A stretch of 53,250 nt of DNA from Frankiaceae bacterium (GTDB lineage Bacteria; Actinomycetota; Actinomycetes; JAFAQI01), in NCBI GenBank assembly GCA_025929315.1, contig JAICMI010000004.1, positions 1 to 53,250 of the forward strand, given 5' to 3'. The notes under the pieces were generated by a model. That model made no database searches. It was not told the DNA's origin and was given only the letters and a program-made list of their open reading frames with translations. Position 1 is the stretch's first letter; each line of letters starts with the position of its first letter. Positions 35,557-47,027 of the stretch are shown here, one piece after another. A program made the position numbers and the translations under genes.

Positions 35557-35574
35557 ATTGACGTCGGTGTCAAT
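35557..35574. promoter_or_regulatory. Palindromic operator ATTGAC-N6-GTCAAT whose arms are the -35 boxes of two divergent leaderless promoters
   Basis: Plus strand: TTGACG-18-TACCGT-6-ATG 35594. Minus strand: TTGACA-17-AACGAT-6-ATG 35538. Confidence 0.75.
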
Positions 35575-35593
35575 TTTGGCTTACCGTCGGCTC

Positions 35594-36781
35594 ATGGCGA
35601 TCAACGGCATCCCGGTCATCGACGCGGACAACCACTTCTACGAGACCAAGGAAGCGTTCACCAAGTTCCTGCCGGACGCCTACAAGGGCGCCATCAAGTA
35701 CGTCGAGGTGGCGGGCCGGACCAAGATCGCCGTCCGCAACGTCATCAGCGACTACATCCCCAACCCGACGTTCGACGTCGTGGCCCGGCCGGGCGCGCAG
35801 GAGGAGTACTTCCGCCACGGCAATGCGCAGGGCAAGAGCCGCCGCGAGATCTTCGGCGAGCCGATGAAGGCGATCCCCGCGTTCCGCGAACCGCGGGCGC
35901 GCGTCGAGATGCTCGACGAGCTCGGCATCGACCGCACGCTGATGTTCCCGACTCTCGCGTCGCTGCTCGAAGAGCGGATGCGCGATGCGCCGGAGCTCAC
36001 GCACGTCGTCATCCACGCGCTCAATGAGTGGATGCACGAGACGTGGCAGTTCAACTATGAGGACCGGATCTTCTCGACCCCGGTGATCACCCTGCCGATC
36101 GTCGAGAAGGCCGTCGAGGAGATCGAGTGGGTCGCCGCGCGAGGCGCACGCGCCGTTCTCATCCGTCCCGCACCCGTGCCCGGTTTCAAGGGCCCGCGCT
36201 CCTTCGCGCTGCCGGAGTTCGACCCGGTCTGGGAGGCCGTCACCAAGCACGACCTCCTCGTCGCGATGCACTCGTCCGACAGCGGCTACTCGCGCTTCTA
36301 CGGCGAGTGGGTCGGCACCCAGGACGAGATGCTGCCGTTCAAGCCCAGCGCGGTCGCGATGGCGTGGTCATGGCGCCCGGTGCAGGACGCGGTGACTGCC
36401 TGGATCGTCGACGGCGCGCTGACGCGCTTCCCCAGCCTGAAGCTTGCGTTCGTCGAGAACGGCTCGAGCTGGATCGCGCCGCTCATGCGCGAGCTCAAGA
36501 GCATCTACAAGAAGATGCCCGGTGAGTTCCCGGAGGAGCCGGTCGCCGCGATCAAGCGCTCGATCCACGTCAGCCCGTTCTGGGAAGACGACTTCCGCGA
36601 GATCGCTGACCTGCTCGGTGAAGACAGGCTGCTTTTCGGCTCCGACTGGCCGCACCCCGAGGGGCTCGCTCACCCCAAGACCGCCGTCGACGAGCTGGTC
36701 GAGGAGTTCCCCGAGGAGACGGTCAAGAAGTTCATGGGCGGCAACCTGGCTCGGTTGCTGGGCGTCGCCACGACCCTCTGA
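35594..36781 (+). CDS. Amidohydrolase_2 family protein (metal-dependent hydrolase/decarboxylase)
   Basis: IDADNHFYE, LMFPT, AMHSSDSG, ENG, FGSDWPHPEG. Confidence 0.9.
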   Translation: MAINGIPVIDADNHFYETKEAFTKFLPDAYKGAIKYVEVAGRTKIAVRNVISDYIPNPTFDVVARPGAQEEYFRHGNAQGKSRREIFGEPMKAIPAFREPRARVEMLDELGIDRTLMFPTLASLLEERMRDAPELTHVVIHALNEWMHETWQFNYEDRIFSTPVITLPIVEKAVEEIEWVAARGARAVLIRPAPVPGFKGPRSFALPEFDPVWEAVTKHDLLVAMHSSDSGYSRFYGEWVGTQDEMLPFKPSAVAMAWSWRPVQDAVTAWIVDGALTRFPSLKLAFVENGSSWIAPLMRELKSIYKKMPGEFPEEPVAAIKRSIHVSPFWEDDFREIADLLGEDRLLFGSDWPHPEGLAHPKTAVDELVEEFPEETVKKFMGGNLARLLGVATTL

Positions 36782-36784
36782 TCC

Positions 36785-37441
36785 ATGTCGTCGCTAGCGG
36801 CGGAGCTGCCACCGGAACGTGCCCCTGGCGCGCGCTCCAGCAAGGGCGCACGCACCCGCGCGCGTCTGGTGTCGGCGGCGAAAGAGGTGTTCGAGGAGGA
36901 CGGCTTCCTCGAAGCGCGCATCACCGACATCGCCGAACGCGCCGGCCTGTCGCACGGCAGCTTCTACACCTACTTCGACTCGAAGGAGCAGATCTTTCGC
37001 GAGGTAGCGGCTGCCGTCGACGACGAGCTCGGCGCCCCGCTCAGTGACGTCATCCTGTCGCCGTCGTCGTCCGGACTGGCCCCGCAGGACCGGCTGCGCG
37101 AAGCCTTGCGACAGCACTTCGAGACCTACCAGAAGCACGCCCGGATCATGGGCATCATCGAAGAGGTCTCGCGCTACGACGACCACGTCAACGAGCTCTT
37201 GCTGGCGAGGCACCGCCAGTACACCGAGCAGGTCGCCGAGTCGATCAGGCAGATGCAGAAGCGCAAGCTCGCGGATCGGCGTCTCGACCCGACCGTCGCG
37301 GCCGCCGTCGTCGGCGCACTCACCGGCAGGTTCGCCGAGCTCTGGCTGGTACAGAACGCCGTCGACTGCTCGTTCGAGGACGCCGTCGAACAGGTGAGCC
37401 GGCTCATCGTCAACGCGCTCGGGGTGACGACCTCGACATGA
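36785..37441 (+). CDS. TetR/AcrR family regulator
   Basis: ARITDIAERAGLSHGSFYTYFDSKE HTH. Confidence 0.93.
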   Translation: MSSLAAELPPERAPGARSSKGARTRARLVSAAKEVFEEDGFLEARITDIAERAGLSHGSFYTYFDSKEQIFREVAAAVDDELGAPLSDVILSPSSSGLAPQDRLREALRQHFETYQKHARIMGIIEEVSRYDDHVNELLLARHRQYTEQVAESIRQMQKRKLADRRLDPTVAAAVVGALTGRFAELWLVQNAVDCSFEDAVEQVSRLIVNALGVTTST

Positions 37442-37794
37442 CCGTCACCGCTCCGCAGACGCAGCACCGCGTGGTCGCGCTCGGCGTGGCCGAGGACCTA
37501 CGCTGGTCGAAGCGGTCGGTTGTCGTGGTCGACGGCCGGGAGCTGTTGGTCCTGTGTGTCCGGCGCCGGTTCACGGTGGTCGAGAACCGGTGCCCGCACC
37601 TCGGACTGCCGCTCGACGACGGGCGCGTCGTCGGACGAACGCTCGTCTGCAGCGGACATGGTTACAAGTACGCCCTCGACGACGGCGCGAGAATCCCCGG
37701 CTGGCGCTGTTCGCCCTCACCTCGTGAGCGGCTGACCTTGGTCTCCTGCCGGGTCGACGACGGCGTGCTCTACGCCGAGCTGCCGGCCAGCTGA
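37438..37794 (+). CDS. Rieske [2Fe-2S] ferredoxin
   Basis: NRCPHLG...CSGHG ligands in 118 aa. Confidence 0.85.
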   Translation: MTVTAPQTQHRVVALGVAEDLRWSKRSVVVVDGRELLVLCVRRRFTVVENRCPHLGLPLDDGRVVGRTLVCSGHGYKYALDDGARIPGWRCSPSPRERLTLVSCRVDDGVLYAELPAS

Positions 37795-37803
37795 CACAAA
37801 GCG

Positions 37804-37835
37804 TCGTGGCCGGGACCTTTCGGTCCCGGCCACGA
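37804..37835. terminator. Perfect 14-bp GC hairpin between convergent genes
   Basis: TCGTGGCCGGGACC-TTTC-GGTCCCGGCCACGA. Confidence 0.8.
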
Positions 37836-37859
37836 GGTTCTGCTGTCGCGATCAGCGAG

Positions 37860-38957
37860 CTAGCTCACGGTGACGACCTTGCTGGCCGACCGCGGGTAGC
37901 GGGTGTTGCCGATCTGCTGGGCGGGGTGCTTCACCTTGTACTGCTCAGCGTGCGAGAAGTGCTTCAGGTGCTTGAACGCGAACGTGCCGTTGACGCCGGA
38001 CGTCTTCGTCGCGACGGAGTGCCACTTCTTCGTGCCCTTCGCCCGCTCGTAGAGCTTGAGCTTGAGGCCCTGGATGCCGGCGCTCTTCGCCGTGATCGAG
38101 CCGCTGACCTTGACCTCGCCGTGCTTCACCTTCGCGAACGGATAGATGGTGGTGTTGACCGTGGTCACCGTCTGCGTCGCGGCGAAGGTGAACGGAGCCG
38201 CGGTGGACGAGTCCGGCTGCGCACCGCTGAGGTCGGTCGTCGCGGTGATCAGGCAGACGTCACCGGCCTTGCAGTAGGTGGTCGAGTTGCCCCACGGTCC
38301 GGTGGTGACCGTCACCTTGGCGCCGGCGAACGTGCCGTTGGTGTCGGTGGTCGGCTGCACGTTGCTGGCGCCATTGCACGTGGTCGCGCTTGGTGGGTTG
38401 GCGCACTCGGTGACGTAAGCCGTCTTCGACGCCGGGAACCCGTAACCGTCCACGGTCAGCACGTCGCCGCTCTTGACGTTGCTGCTCGGAGTGACGCTGA
38501 TGACCGGTGCGAACGTCAGCACAGCCTCAGCTGCGTTCGTCGGGTCGTTGATGTTTGCCGCGATCAGGTAGCACTTGCCGCCGGCCACCTTTGACGGGCA
38601 GAAGTTGCCCTTTGTGCCGACCGCTCCGGAGGTCAGCGTGAACGCGACTCCCTTGAAGCTGCCGTCGGCGGCGGCTGCCGTGATCACTGCATGCGACGTG
38701 TCGCAATCAGCGTCGGGGTGCGCCGGGTCGGGGACCGGCGCTGAGCACTCGATGATGCCGATGGTGGCTCCGGACGCGTAGTTCGCGCCGTCGACGGTGA
38801 TCTTCTGCCCGCCCTGCAGGTTGTCCGTGGCGGACGGGGTGACTGTCGGGGTGCCGGCTGCACTCGCGCCCGTGGAGGCCACGAGCGGTACGACGCCGAC
38901 CGCCGCCGCAACCGCGACGGTCGCGAGGCGTGTCACGCCTTTGGTGAGGAACTGCAT
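37860..38957 (-). CDS. Secreted protein with two neocarzinostatin-apoprotein-like domains and a basic C-terminal beta domain
   Basis: Signal peptide, then two repeats of the form VTPS..L..G..V.G..(F/Y)......EC....C...G.F.....V..G....C....C..(I/A). Start chosen from the GGAGA RBS. Confidence 0.7.
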   Translation of the reverse strand: MQFLTKGVTRLATVAVAAAVGVVPLVASTGASAAGTPTVTPSATDNLQGGQKITVDGANYASGATIGIIECSAPVPDPAHPDADCDTSHAVITAAAADGSFKGVAFTLTSGAVGTKGNFCPSKVAGGKCYLIAANINDPTNAAEAVLTFAPVISVTPSSNVKSGDVLTVDGYGFPASKTAYVTECANPPSATTCNGASNVQPTTDTNGTFAGAKVTVTTGPWGNSTTYCKAGDVCLITATTDLSGAQPDSSTAAPFTFAATQTVTTVNTTIYPFAKVKHGEVKVSGSITAKSAGIQGLKLKLYERAKGTKKWHSVATKTSGVNGTFAFKHLKHFSHAEQYKVKHPAQQIGNTRYPRSASKVVTVS

Positions 38958-38991
38958 GTAGGTCTCCATCTCGTCAGCGACGACGCGCGTG

Positions 38992-39423
38992 TCAGAACGT
39001 GAACAGTCCGACGTTCCAGTGCGAGCGGTGGTTGGGATCAGCGAACGCCACTCCGCACTTCCAGCCGTGCGTCTTGTCCTTGTGGGTGGGTGGGCAGCTG
39101 TGCCCGTTGGGCGACTTGAAGCTGAGGAACACCTGCTGGCACTTCGCCACGCCCTTCTTGTTCGGGTGGACGTTGAGGACGGCGGAGTTGACGTTGGAGT
39201 CGCCCGCGGACAGCTTCACGCCCTTCTTGTAGGTCGTGAGGATGCAGACGTAGCCGACGCTCTTCTTGCCGCCGGTCATCTTTGCGTTCACCGTCTGGCC
39301 CTGGGCGGGCTTCGTCGGCGACACGGTGACGTGGAGTGACGTGTCCTGGGCGAGCGCCAGGGTGCCTGCGCCGCCGGCGAGGACGAGGCCGGTGACAACA
39401 CCGACAATTGCCGTCTTCTTCAT
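38992..39423 (-). CDS. Small basic secreted beta-protein with 4 Cys (possible neocarzinostatin-like fold)
   Basis: Signal peptide ending ALA; VTVSPTKPAQGQTV; four Cys (YVC, AKC, HSC, WKC). Confidence 0.65.
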   Translation of the reverse strand: MKKTAIVGVVTGLVLAGGAGTLALAQDTSLHVTVSPTKPAQGQTVNAKMTGGKKSVGYVCILTTYKKGVKLSAGDSNVNSAVLNVHPNKKGVAKCQQVFLSFKSPNGHSCPPTHKDKTHGWKCGVAFADPNHRSHWNVGLFTF

Positions 39424-39584
39424 CTGATGTGGGTCCCTCCCAGCGGCTGCAGGCTGCAGCGTCTTGACGTCGGACCGTACGGCAGGCGACACGGGCCGCG
39501 CAGGCGATTTGCAGAATTGGGGGATCGGCCTTCCATTTCAGAAATCGCCATTCTCATTCGCGAGATCCGTGTAGCCTCCGCCGC

Positions 39585-42455
39585 GTGACGGCTGGCTCGT
39601 GGGTCCTCGGGCTCCTCAACGGGCTGACGATCGGACTCCTCGCCGTCGGTCTGGTCCTCGTCTACAAGTCCAACCGGTTCCTCAACCTCGCGCACGCCCA
39701 GATCGGCACGGTCCCGGCGCTGCTGCTGGGCAAGTGGGTGCTGGACTCCGGCTGGAACTGGTGGCTCGCTTTTGCAGTGGCGGTCGTGCTGGGGATCGCG
39801 ACGGCGCTCTTGGTGGAGCGGGTGCTGGTCCGGCCGTTGCTCAACAAGACGCGATCGCCGATCCGGCTCCTGCTGCTGTCGCTCGCGGTGTCCCAGCTGC
39901 TCCTGGCGCTGACCTACATCCCGAAGCTGAGTCCGAGCGATTCCCACCAGGGCGCCTACCCGCAGCCGTTCCATTCCACGGTGAGCGTCGGCGGTGTCGT
40001 GCTGACCGGGATGTCGGTGTTGACCGCCATCGTCGTGCCGTTGCTCGTCATCGCGCTGGCCGTCTTCATGCGCTACTCGTTGATCGGCAAGCAGGTGCGA
40101 GCCGCCGCCAACAACCCGGACGAAGCACGGCTGTGCGGCATCCCCGTTCGGCGGGTCAGCGCGATCACGTGGGGGATTGCCGGTGCGTGCGCCGCGATCT
40201 CCGCCGTGCTGACGGCGCCGGACCAGCCGAGCTTCAACTACGCGTCGTTCGGCCCGTATCTGTTGATGCTGACGTTGGGCGCGGCCGCGTTGGGCGCGTT
40301 CCTGTCGCTGCCGCTCGCGCTTGTCGGCGGCCTGGCGCTCGGCTTGGTCAACCAGCTGGTCACGGCGCACACGTCCAACGGAGCCGACGGCGAGATCGTC
40401 GTCTTCCTGGTGATCCTTGCCATCGTGTTCGTCCGCGGGCGGGCGATTGCCAGGGTGTTCGACCTGCGCGGAGCCATTGCCGAAGAACGCACGGTCGTGC
40501 GGATCCCGCCTGCGCTACGCAAGACGGCCGTTGTCCGCTATCACAAGCTCGTGCCCGCGCTGGCGGCAATCGTCGCGCTCGTTGTGTGGCCGCAGCTTCC
40601 GTACTTCCACACCACGGGGCACGAGTTCCTGCTGTCGCTCGTCCTGATCTATGCGTTGCTCGGCATCGCGTTGACGATGCTGGTCGGCTGGGGCGGCCAG
40701 GTGAGCCTGGGTCACTTCGCCGTCGTCGGCCTCGGTGCCTACTTGACCGCGCGTTGGCAACCACATGGTCTGTCGCTGCCGGCACTGTTCGTCCTCGTCG
40801 GGCTGGTCGGTGCACTCGCGCTCGTCCTGATCGGGCTGCCCGCACTGCGGGTGAGCGGTTTCACCCTGGCGGTCACGACCCTTGGCTTCGCTGTCATCGC
40901 GACCGACTGGCTGTTCCGGCAGTCCTGGGTCGGTTCGAAGCAGTCCTTCGGGCTCGTCGTGAACGCACCCCACGTCGCACGCGGACTCGGTGCGCCGAGC
41001 TCACAGCTGGACGTCTATTACGCCGCCCTTGTGATGCTCGTACTGGCTTTTGCTTCCGCGACGCTGCTGCGCCGCTCCGGCCCAGGACGGTTGATGTTCG
41101 CCGTTCGTGACAACGAACGCGCAAGTGCTGCCTTCGGGGTCATGCCGGCCAACGTCAAGCTCACAGTGCTTGCGGTGTCGGGCTTCTTTGCCGGGACAGC
41201 CGGCGTGCTCTGGGCCGATGCATGGAAGTCGGTGGCCCCGTCGCAGTTCGGGGCGGACGTGTCGATCGCCCTGATCGCCATCCCGGTCATCGGCGGGCTG
41301 GGATCGGTCAGTGGCGCGGTCGTCGCCGCGGTGCTCATCTACGGCGGCACGTTCTTCATCGGCCCGCACTTCTCCTCCGTGTTCGGCGACCTCGGCAACA
41401 ACCTCGGGTTCAGCCTGTTCGTCGCAGGCATCGTGCAGATCGCCGTGCTGGTCCGCTATCCCGGCGGGATCGCCGGCGCCGTGCAGTCGCGCTGGCAGGC
41501 CTATCTCGACGGGCGCGCGCCAGCACACATCACGGAGACCGAGGAGGAGCTCTTCGACGACCTTGCCGACCGCGCCGCGCACGAGCCCTACGCCGGTCCG
41601 CACACGTCCGGGGAGCTGAGCGGAGTCCCGCTGCAGGTCCGCGGCGTCAATGTGCGGTACGGCGGGATCGTCGCGCTGGACGGGCCCGACATCGAGGTCC
41701 GTCCCGGCGAGATCGTCGGTCTGATCGGGACCAACGGTGCCGGCAAGACCACGTTGATGAACGTCATCTCCGGTCTGGTCAAGCCGGCACAGGGGTCGGT
41801 GCGGCTGTTCGACAAAGAGGTCGTCAACCTGCCGGCGGACATCCGCGCGGCGGGTTTCGGCCTCTCCCGCAGCTTCCAGGACGCGACGCTGTTCGGCAGC
41901 TTGACCGTGACCGAGACGGTGCAGGTGCCACTGACCGCTGCGCACAAGGTCGGTGTCGTGCCCGCGTTGCTCGGCGCGCCTTGGGTGAGTGCCATCGAAC
42001 GTCGTACCCGGCGTCAGGCGCGCGACATCGTCGACAGGTTCGGGCTCAGCGAGTGGGCCGACGTTCGCACGAGCGAGCTCTCGACCGGGACACGTCGGAT
42101 CTGCGACATCGCTGCCCAGGTCGCGGCGAGTCCGCAGTTGCTGTTGCTCGATGAACCGACCGCCGGTGTCGCGCAGCGCGAAGCAGAGGCGTTCGGGCCG
42201 ATGCTTCGCCGGCTCCGCGACGAGATGGACTGCGCGATCCTCATCGTCGAACACGACATGCCGCTGTTGATGAGCGTGTGCGACCGCGTCTACGCAATGG
42301 AAGCGGGCAGCGTGATCGGCGAAGGAACGCCGGCGGAGATTCGCGCCAACCCACGGGTCATCGCGAGCTACCTCGGCAGCGAGGAAGCCTCGATCATGCG
42401 TTCCGGAAACGGCAACGCAGCGACCCCCGACAAGACGCCGAGGCGGAAGCGATGA
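39585..42455 (+). CDS. Fused HAAT-type ABC transporter: LivH permease + LivM permease + LivG-like ATPase
   Basis: Two permease domains (NLAHAQIG; GQVSLGH), Walker A GTNGAGKTT, LSTG signature, LLLDEP, VEHD. Confidence 0.88.
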   Translation: MTAGSWVLGLLNGLTIGLLAVGLVLVYKSNRFLNLAHAQIGTVPALLLGKWVLDSGWNWWLAFAVAVVLGIATALLVERVLVRPLLNKTRSPIRLLLLSLAVSQLLLALTYIPKLSPSDSHQGAYPQPFHSTVSVGGVVLTGMSVLTAIVVPLLVIALAVFMRYSLIGKQVRAAANNPDEARLCGIPVRRVSAITWGIAGACAAISAVLTAPDQPSFNYASFGPYLLMLTLGAAALGAFLSLPLALVGGLALGLVNQLVTAHTSNGADGEIVVFLVILAIVFVRGRAIARVFDLRGAIAEERTVVRIPPALRKTAVVRYHKLVPALAAIVALVVWPQLPYFHTTGHEFLLSLVLIYALLGIALTMLVGWGGQVSLGHFAVVGLGAYLTARWQPHGLSLPALFVLVGLVGALALVLIGLPALRVSGFTLAVTTLGFAVIATDWLFRQSWVGSKQSFGLVVNAPHVARGLGAPSSQLDVYYAALVMLVLAFASATLLRRSGPGRLMFAVRDNERASAAFGVMPANVKLTVLAVSGFFAGTAGVLWADAWKSVAPSQFGADVSIALIAIPVIGGLGSVSGAVVAAVLIYGGTFFIGPHFSSVFGDLGNNLGFSLFVAGIVQIAVLVRYPGGIAGAVQSRWQAYLDGRAPAHITETEEELFDDLADRAAHEPYAGPHTSGELSGVPLQVRGVNVRYGGIVALDGPDIEVRPGEIVGLIGTNGAGKTTLMNVISGLVKPAQGSVRLFDKEVVNLPADIRAAGFGLSRSFQDATLFGSLTVTETVQVPLTAAHKVGVVPALLGAPWVSAIERRTRRQARDIVDRFGLSEWADVRTSELSTGTRRICDIAAQVAASPQLLLLDEPTAGVAQREAEAFGPMLRRLRDEMDCAILIVEHDMPLLMSVCDRVYAMEAGSVIGEGTPAEIRANPRVIASYLGSEEASIMRSGNGNAATPDKTPRRKR

Positions 42456-43876
42456 TGACCCCCTCCCAGGAGTTCCGGCTGTGGGCGCGACAGGCTCCCA
42501 ACCAGCAGCGAGTGCCTGCCGCCATCGTGGGTCTTGCGCTGCTCGGCTTGTTGGTGTGGGCGTTCATCCCGATCACGAGTTCCGGCAGCGACGCGTCGGC
42601 GACGACGTCGGCGCAGGCCACTCCGGTGGCGGTCAGCGGCACGCCGCCGAGCCCCGCCCCCAAGCCGGCCAAGTGCACCAACCCGACCGGTGCGGTTCCC
42701 GGAGTCACCGCGACTCAGATCCGGGTCGGCGTGATCATCGTCAACATCACGGGGCTCGCGACCAACGCCAGTCTCGGCGTTCTCCCCGCGGCCATTCAGA
42801 AGGCCGGCTTCGCCGCTGCGATCAAGTCCATCAACGCCGACGGGGGCGTCAACTGTCGCCAGCTGGTCCCGCAGTACTTCAACGCCAACCCGGCCGACCA
42901 GAGCAACCTGCAGAAGACCTGTCTCGACATCGTGCAGTCCGGTGTCTTCGCGACGATCGATGCGGGGGCGTATGCGCAGTTCCCGATCGTGAACTGCTTC
43001 GGCCAGCACAAGGTGCCCTACTTCGGTGGCTACCTGCTGGCCAACAGCCAGATGGCGCAGTTCTATCCCTACCTGTTCGAGCTCAACTCGCAGGACGTCG
43101 TCTACCACGACATGGTGGCGGGGTTGCAGCAGTACGGGTTCTTCAAAGCGGAGAACGGCTTCACCAAGCTCGGCTACGTCTACAACGACTGCCATCCGGA
43201 GATCCACACCGAGGTCGTCAAATGGCTCGCGGACGCAGGGGTGCCCGCGGCGCAGACCGTTGGCTTTGACACCGGATGCACCACCGCGTTCACGTCCGCC
43301 GTCGCGCTGCAACAGGCGATCCTGAAGTTCAAGCGCGCTGGGGTGACCAACCTCATCGCGACCGGCATCGTCGGCGACATCCCCACGTTCACGCAGCTCG
43401 CTGAGGTGCAGAAGTTCCGGCCGAAGTGGGGCCTCGGCGACGACTCGCTCATCACGACCAGCTACGGCACTCATCGCCCGGACCCGCACAACCTCGACGG
43501 CGCGATCGTCATCACGTCGAGTCGCAACGGTGAGGAGCGCACACCGGGCGTCACGCCGACGGCAGAGACACAGAAGTGCAGCACGCTGATCGGTCAGGAC
43601 GTCTACAAGCTGCCCAACGCGGCGGGCAACCTCTGCGACCAGATGTGGATGTTCGATGCGGCGGTGACTTACGCGCCGACGTTCGATCGCGCGTCACTCG
43701 CGGCCGGCCTCAAGGCGGCGCGGTCCGTGCCGTTCTCCTATCCGCAGGGTCCCAACGACTTCGTGCCGGGGAGCAAGGTCACCTACGGAGGCCAGTACTG
43801 GCGCACCACCCAGTTCCACGCGAGCTGCGCCTGCTACCAGCTGGTCAGCCAGACCTTCCACCCCACGCCGCGGTGA
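42452..43876 (+). CDS. ABC substrate-binding protein (type-1 periplasmic-binding fold) with an N-terminal TM anchor
   Basis: PGVTATQIRVG, INADGGVNCRQL; hydrophobic N-terminal helix without a lipobox; ATGA coupling. Confidence 0.8.
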   Translation: MMTPSQEFRLWARQAPNQQRVPAAIVGLALLGLLVWAFIPITSSGSDASATTSAQATPVAVSGTPPSPAPKPAKCTNPTGAVPGVTATQIRVGVIIVNITGLATNASLGVLPAAIQKAGFAAAIKSINADGGVNCRQLVPQYFNANPADQSNLQKTCLDIVQSGVFATIDAGAYAQFPIVNCFGQHKVPYFGGYLLANSQMAQFYPYLFELNSQDVVYHDMVAGLQQYGFFKAENGFTKLGYVYNDCHPEIHTEVVKWLADAGVPAAQTVGFDTGCTTAFTSAVALQQAILKFKRAGVTNLIATGIVGDIPTFTQLAEVQKFRPKWGLGDDSLITTSYGTHRPDPHNLDGAIVITSSRNGEERTPGVTPTAETQKCSTLIGQDVYKLPNAAGNLCDQMWMFDAAVTYAPTFDRASLAAGLKAARSVPFSYPQGPNDFVPGSKVTYGGQYWRTTQFHASCACYQLVSQTFHPTPR

Positions 43877-44595
43877 CCGCGCCGCTGTCGGTGCAGGGCA
43901 TCGACTTCTCCTACGGTCACCTGCAAGTCCTGTTCGGCGTCTCTCTGCACGTCGATCCCTGCGAGGCGCTCGGTCTGCTCGGCACCAACGGGGCCGGCAA
44001 GTCCACGCTGCTACGCGTCGTCGCGGGCCTCGAACGACCGACCGCGGGCACCATCACGCTCGATGGCCGCGACATCACCGGTGTCCCGGCCGAAGGGCTG
44101 GGTGCCCAGGGACTTGTCCTGGTCTCCGGGGGTCGAGCCGTGTTCACCGACATGACGATCGAGGAAAACCTGCAGATGCAGGCGCTGGCCATTCGTCACC
44201 AGCCGGCGCTTCTCCAGGAACGGCGCGACAAGGTGCTGACGAAGTTCCCGCAGCTAGGTCGCCGGCTGCATCAGCCGGCCGGTCGGCTGTCCGGTGGTGA
44301 GCAGCAGCAGCTCGCGCTCGCCAAGGCCATCCTCCTCGACTCGCGGGTGCTGTGCATCGACGAGCTGTCACTCGGCCTCGCACCGGTCGTCGTCGGCGAG
44401 CTCATGGAGACCGTCCGTGAGATCAACGACGAGGGTGTGGCGGTCGTCATCGTGGAGCAGAGTCTGAACATCGCGGCGCAGCTGTGCCAACGGTCGATCT
44501 TCCTCGAAAAGGGCGAGGTCAGGTTCGAGGGTCGGACCGCCGACCTGCTCGAGCAGGACGACATCGCGCGTGCGGTGTTCTTCGGCGCCGGCTGA
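43873..44595 (+). CDS. ABC ATPase (LivF-like)
   Basis: GTNGAGKST, LSGGEQQ, IDELSLGLAP, VEQS. Confidence 0.92.
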   Translation: MTAPLSVQGIDFSYGHLQVLFGVSLHVDPCEALGLLGTNGAGKSTLLRVVAGLERPTAGTITLDGRDITGVPAEGLGAQGLVLVSGGRAVFTDMTIEENLQMQALAIRHQPALLQERRDKVLTKFPQLGRRLHQPAGRLSGGEQQQLALAKAILLDSRVLCIDELSLGLAPVVVGELMETVREINDEGVAVVIVEQSLNIAAQLCQRSIFLEKGEVRFEGRTADLLEQDDIARAVFFGAG

Positions 44596-44601
44596 CCCGA
44601 C

Positions 44602-45384
44602 TCAGCGGGACGCACGCTTTGCGTTGAGGGCGTCGACGGCCGCCCAGTGCGCATCCTCGACCCAGAGGTTGGCGAACGCGTCGGCGGCGACCGCTTCGTG
44701 CGCCCGATGCAGAGCCGGTGCGGCCGGGGATATCACCGACTTGATCGCCCGGGTGGCACCGGGCGCCTGCTCAGCAAGTGTGCGTGCCAGCGACCGCCAG
44801 GTCGCGTCGAACTCGGCGCGTGGCACGACGAGATCGACGAGACCGAAGTCGTTCGCGGTCCGGGCGTCGTAAAGCTCGCCGGTCGTGACGGCGAGCAGCG
44901 CACGACTGCGTCCGACTGCCTGAGCCAAACGCTCGGCACCGCCCCACGCCGGCATGATGCCGAGTGAGACCTGGTTGAAGCCGATCTTGATGTCGTCGGC
45001 GGCGATGCGAATGTCGGCGGCGATGGCCACCTCCGCCCCGCCGCCCAGCGCATGGCCGTTGAGCGCGGCGATGACCGGGGCGGGAAAGTCCGCGATGCGG
45101 TCGAGCAGCCGCCGTACACGCGTCGCCATCGCGACCGCGTCCGCATGAGTGCGCACTGCGCTCAGCTCTTTGAGGTCGCCGCCGGAGACGAACGCACGGT
45201 CGCCGCCGCCGGTGATGACGAGCACCGCGATGTCGCTGCGTTCGAGCTCCGTCAGCGCGTCCTCGAGCTCGCTCGTCGTCGCGAACCCGATCGCGTTGCG
45301 CGCGGACGGCCGGTCGATCGTGACGACAGCAGACCGGTCGTCCGTCTCGAGGCGGACGCCCCCCGGCGAGGCTGGCGTGGACAC
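44602..45384 (-). CDS. Enoyl-CoA hydratase/isomerase
   Basis: [28 protein letters not shown]. -10 TATTCT lies 6 nt upstream. Confidence 0.9.
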   Translation of the reverse strand: MSTPASPGGVRLETDDRSAVVTIDRPSARNAIGFATTSELEDALTELERSDIAVLVITGGGDRAFVSGGDLKELSAVRTHADAVAMATRVRRLLDRIADFPAPVIAALNGHALGGGAEVAIAADIRIAADDIKIGFNQVSLGIMPAWGGAERLAQAVGRSRALLAVTTGELYDARTANDFGLVDLVVPRAEFDATWRSLARTLAEQAPGATRAIKSVISPAAPALHRAHEAVAADAFANLWVEDAHWAAVDALNAKRASR

Positions 45385-45440
45385 CGGATGAGAATAGCCC
45401 TCTCGTCGCGCAGAAGGCTGTTCTCCACTACGCTCGGGGC

Positions 45441-47026
<1,586 letters not shown>

Positions 47027-47027
<1 letters not shown>

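Noticed and set aside
37860-39423. Enediyne chromoprotein biosynthetic cluster
   Set aside because: No enediyne PKS or associated genes are in the window.
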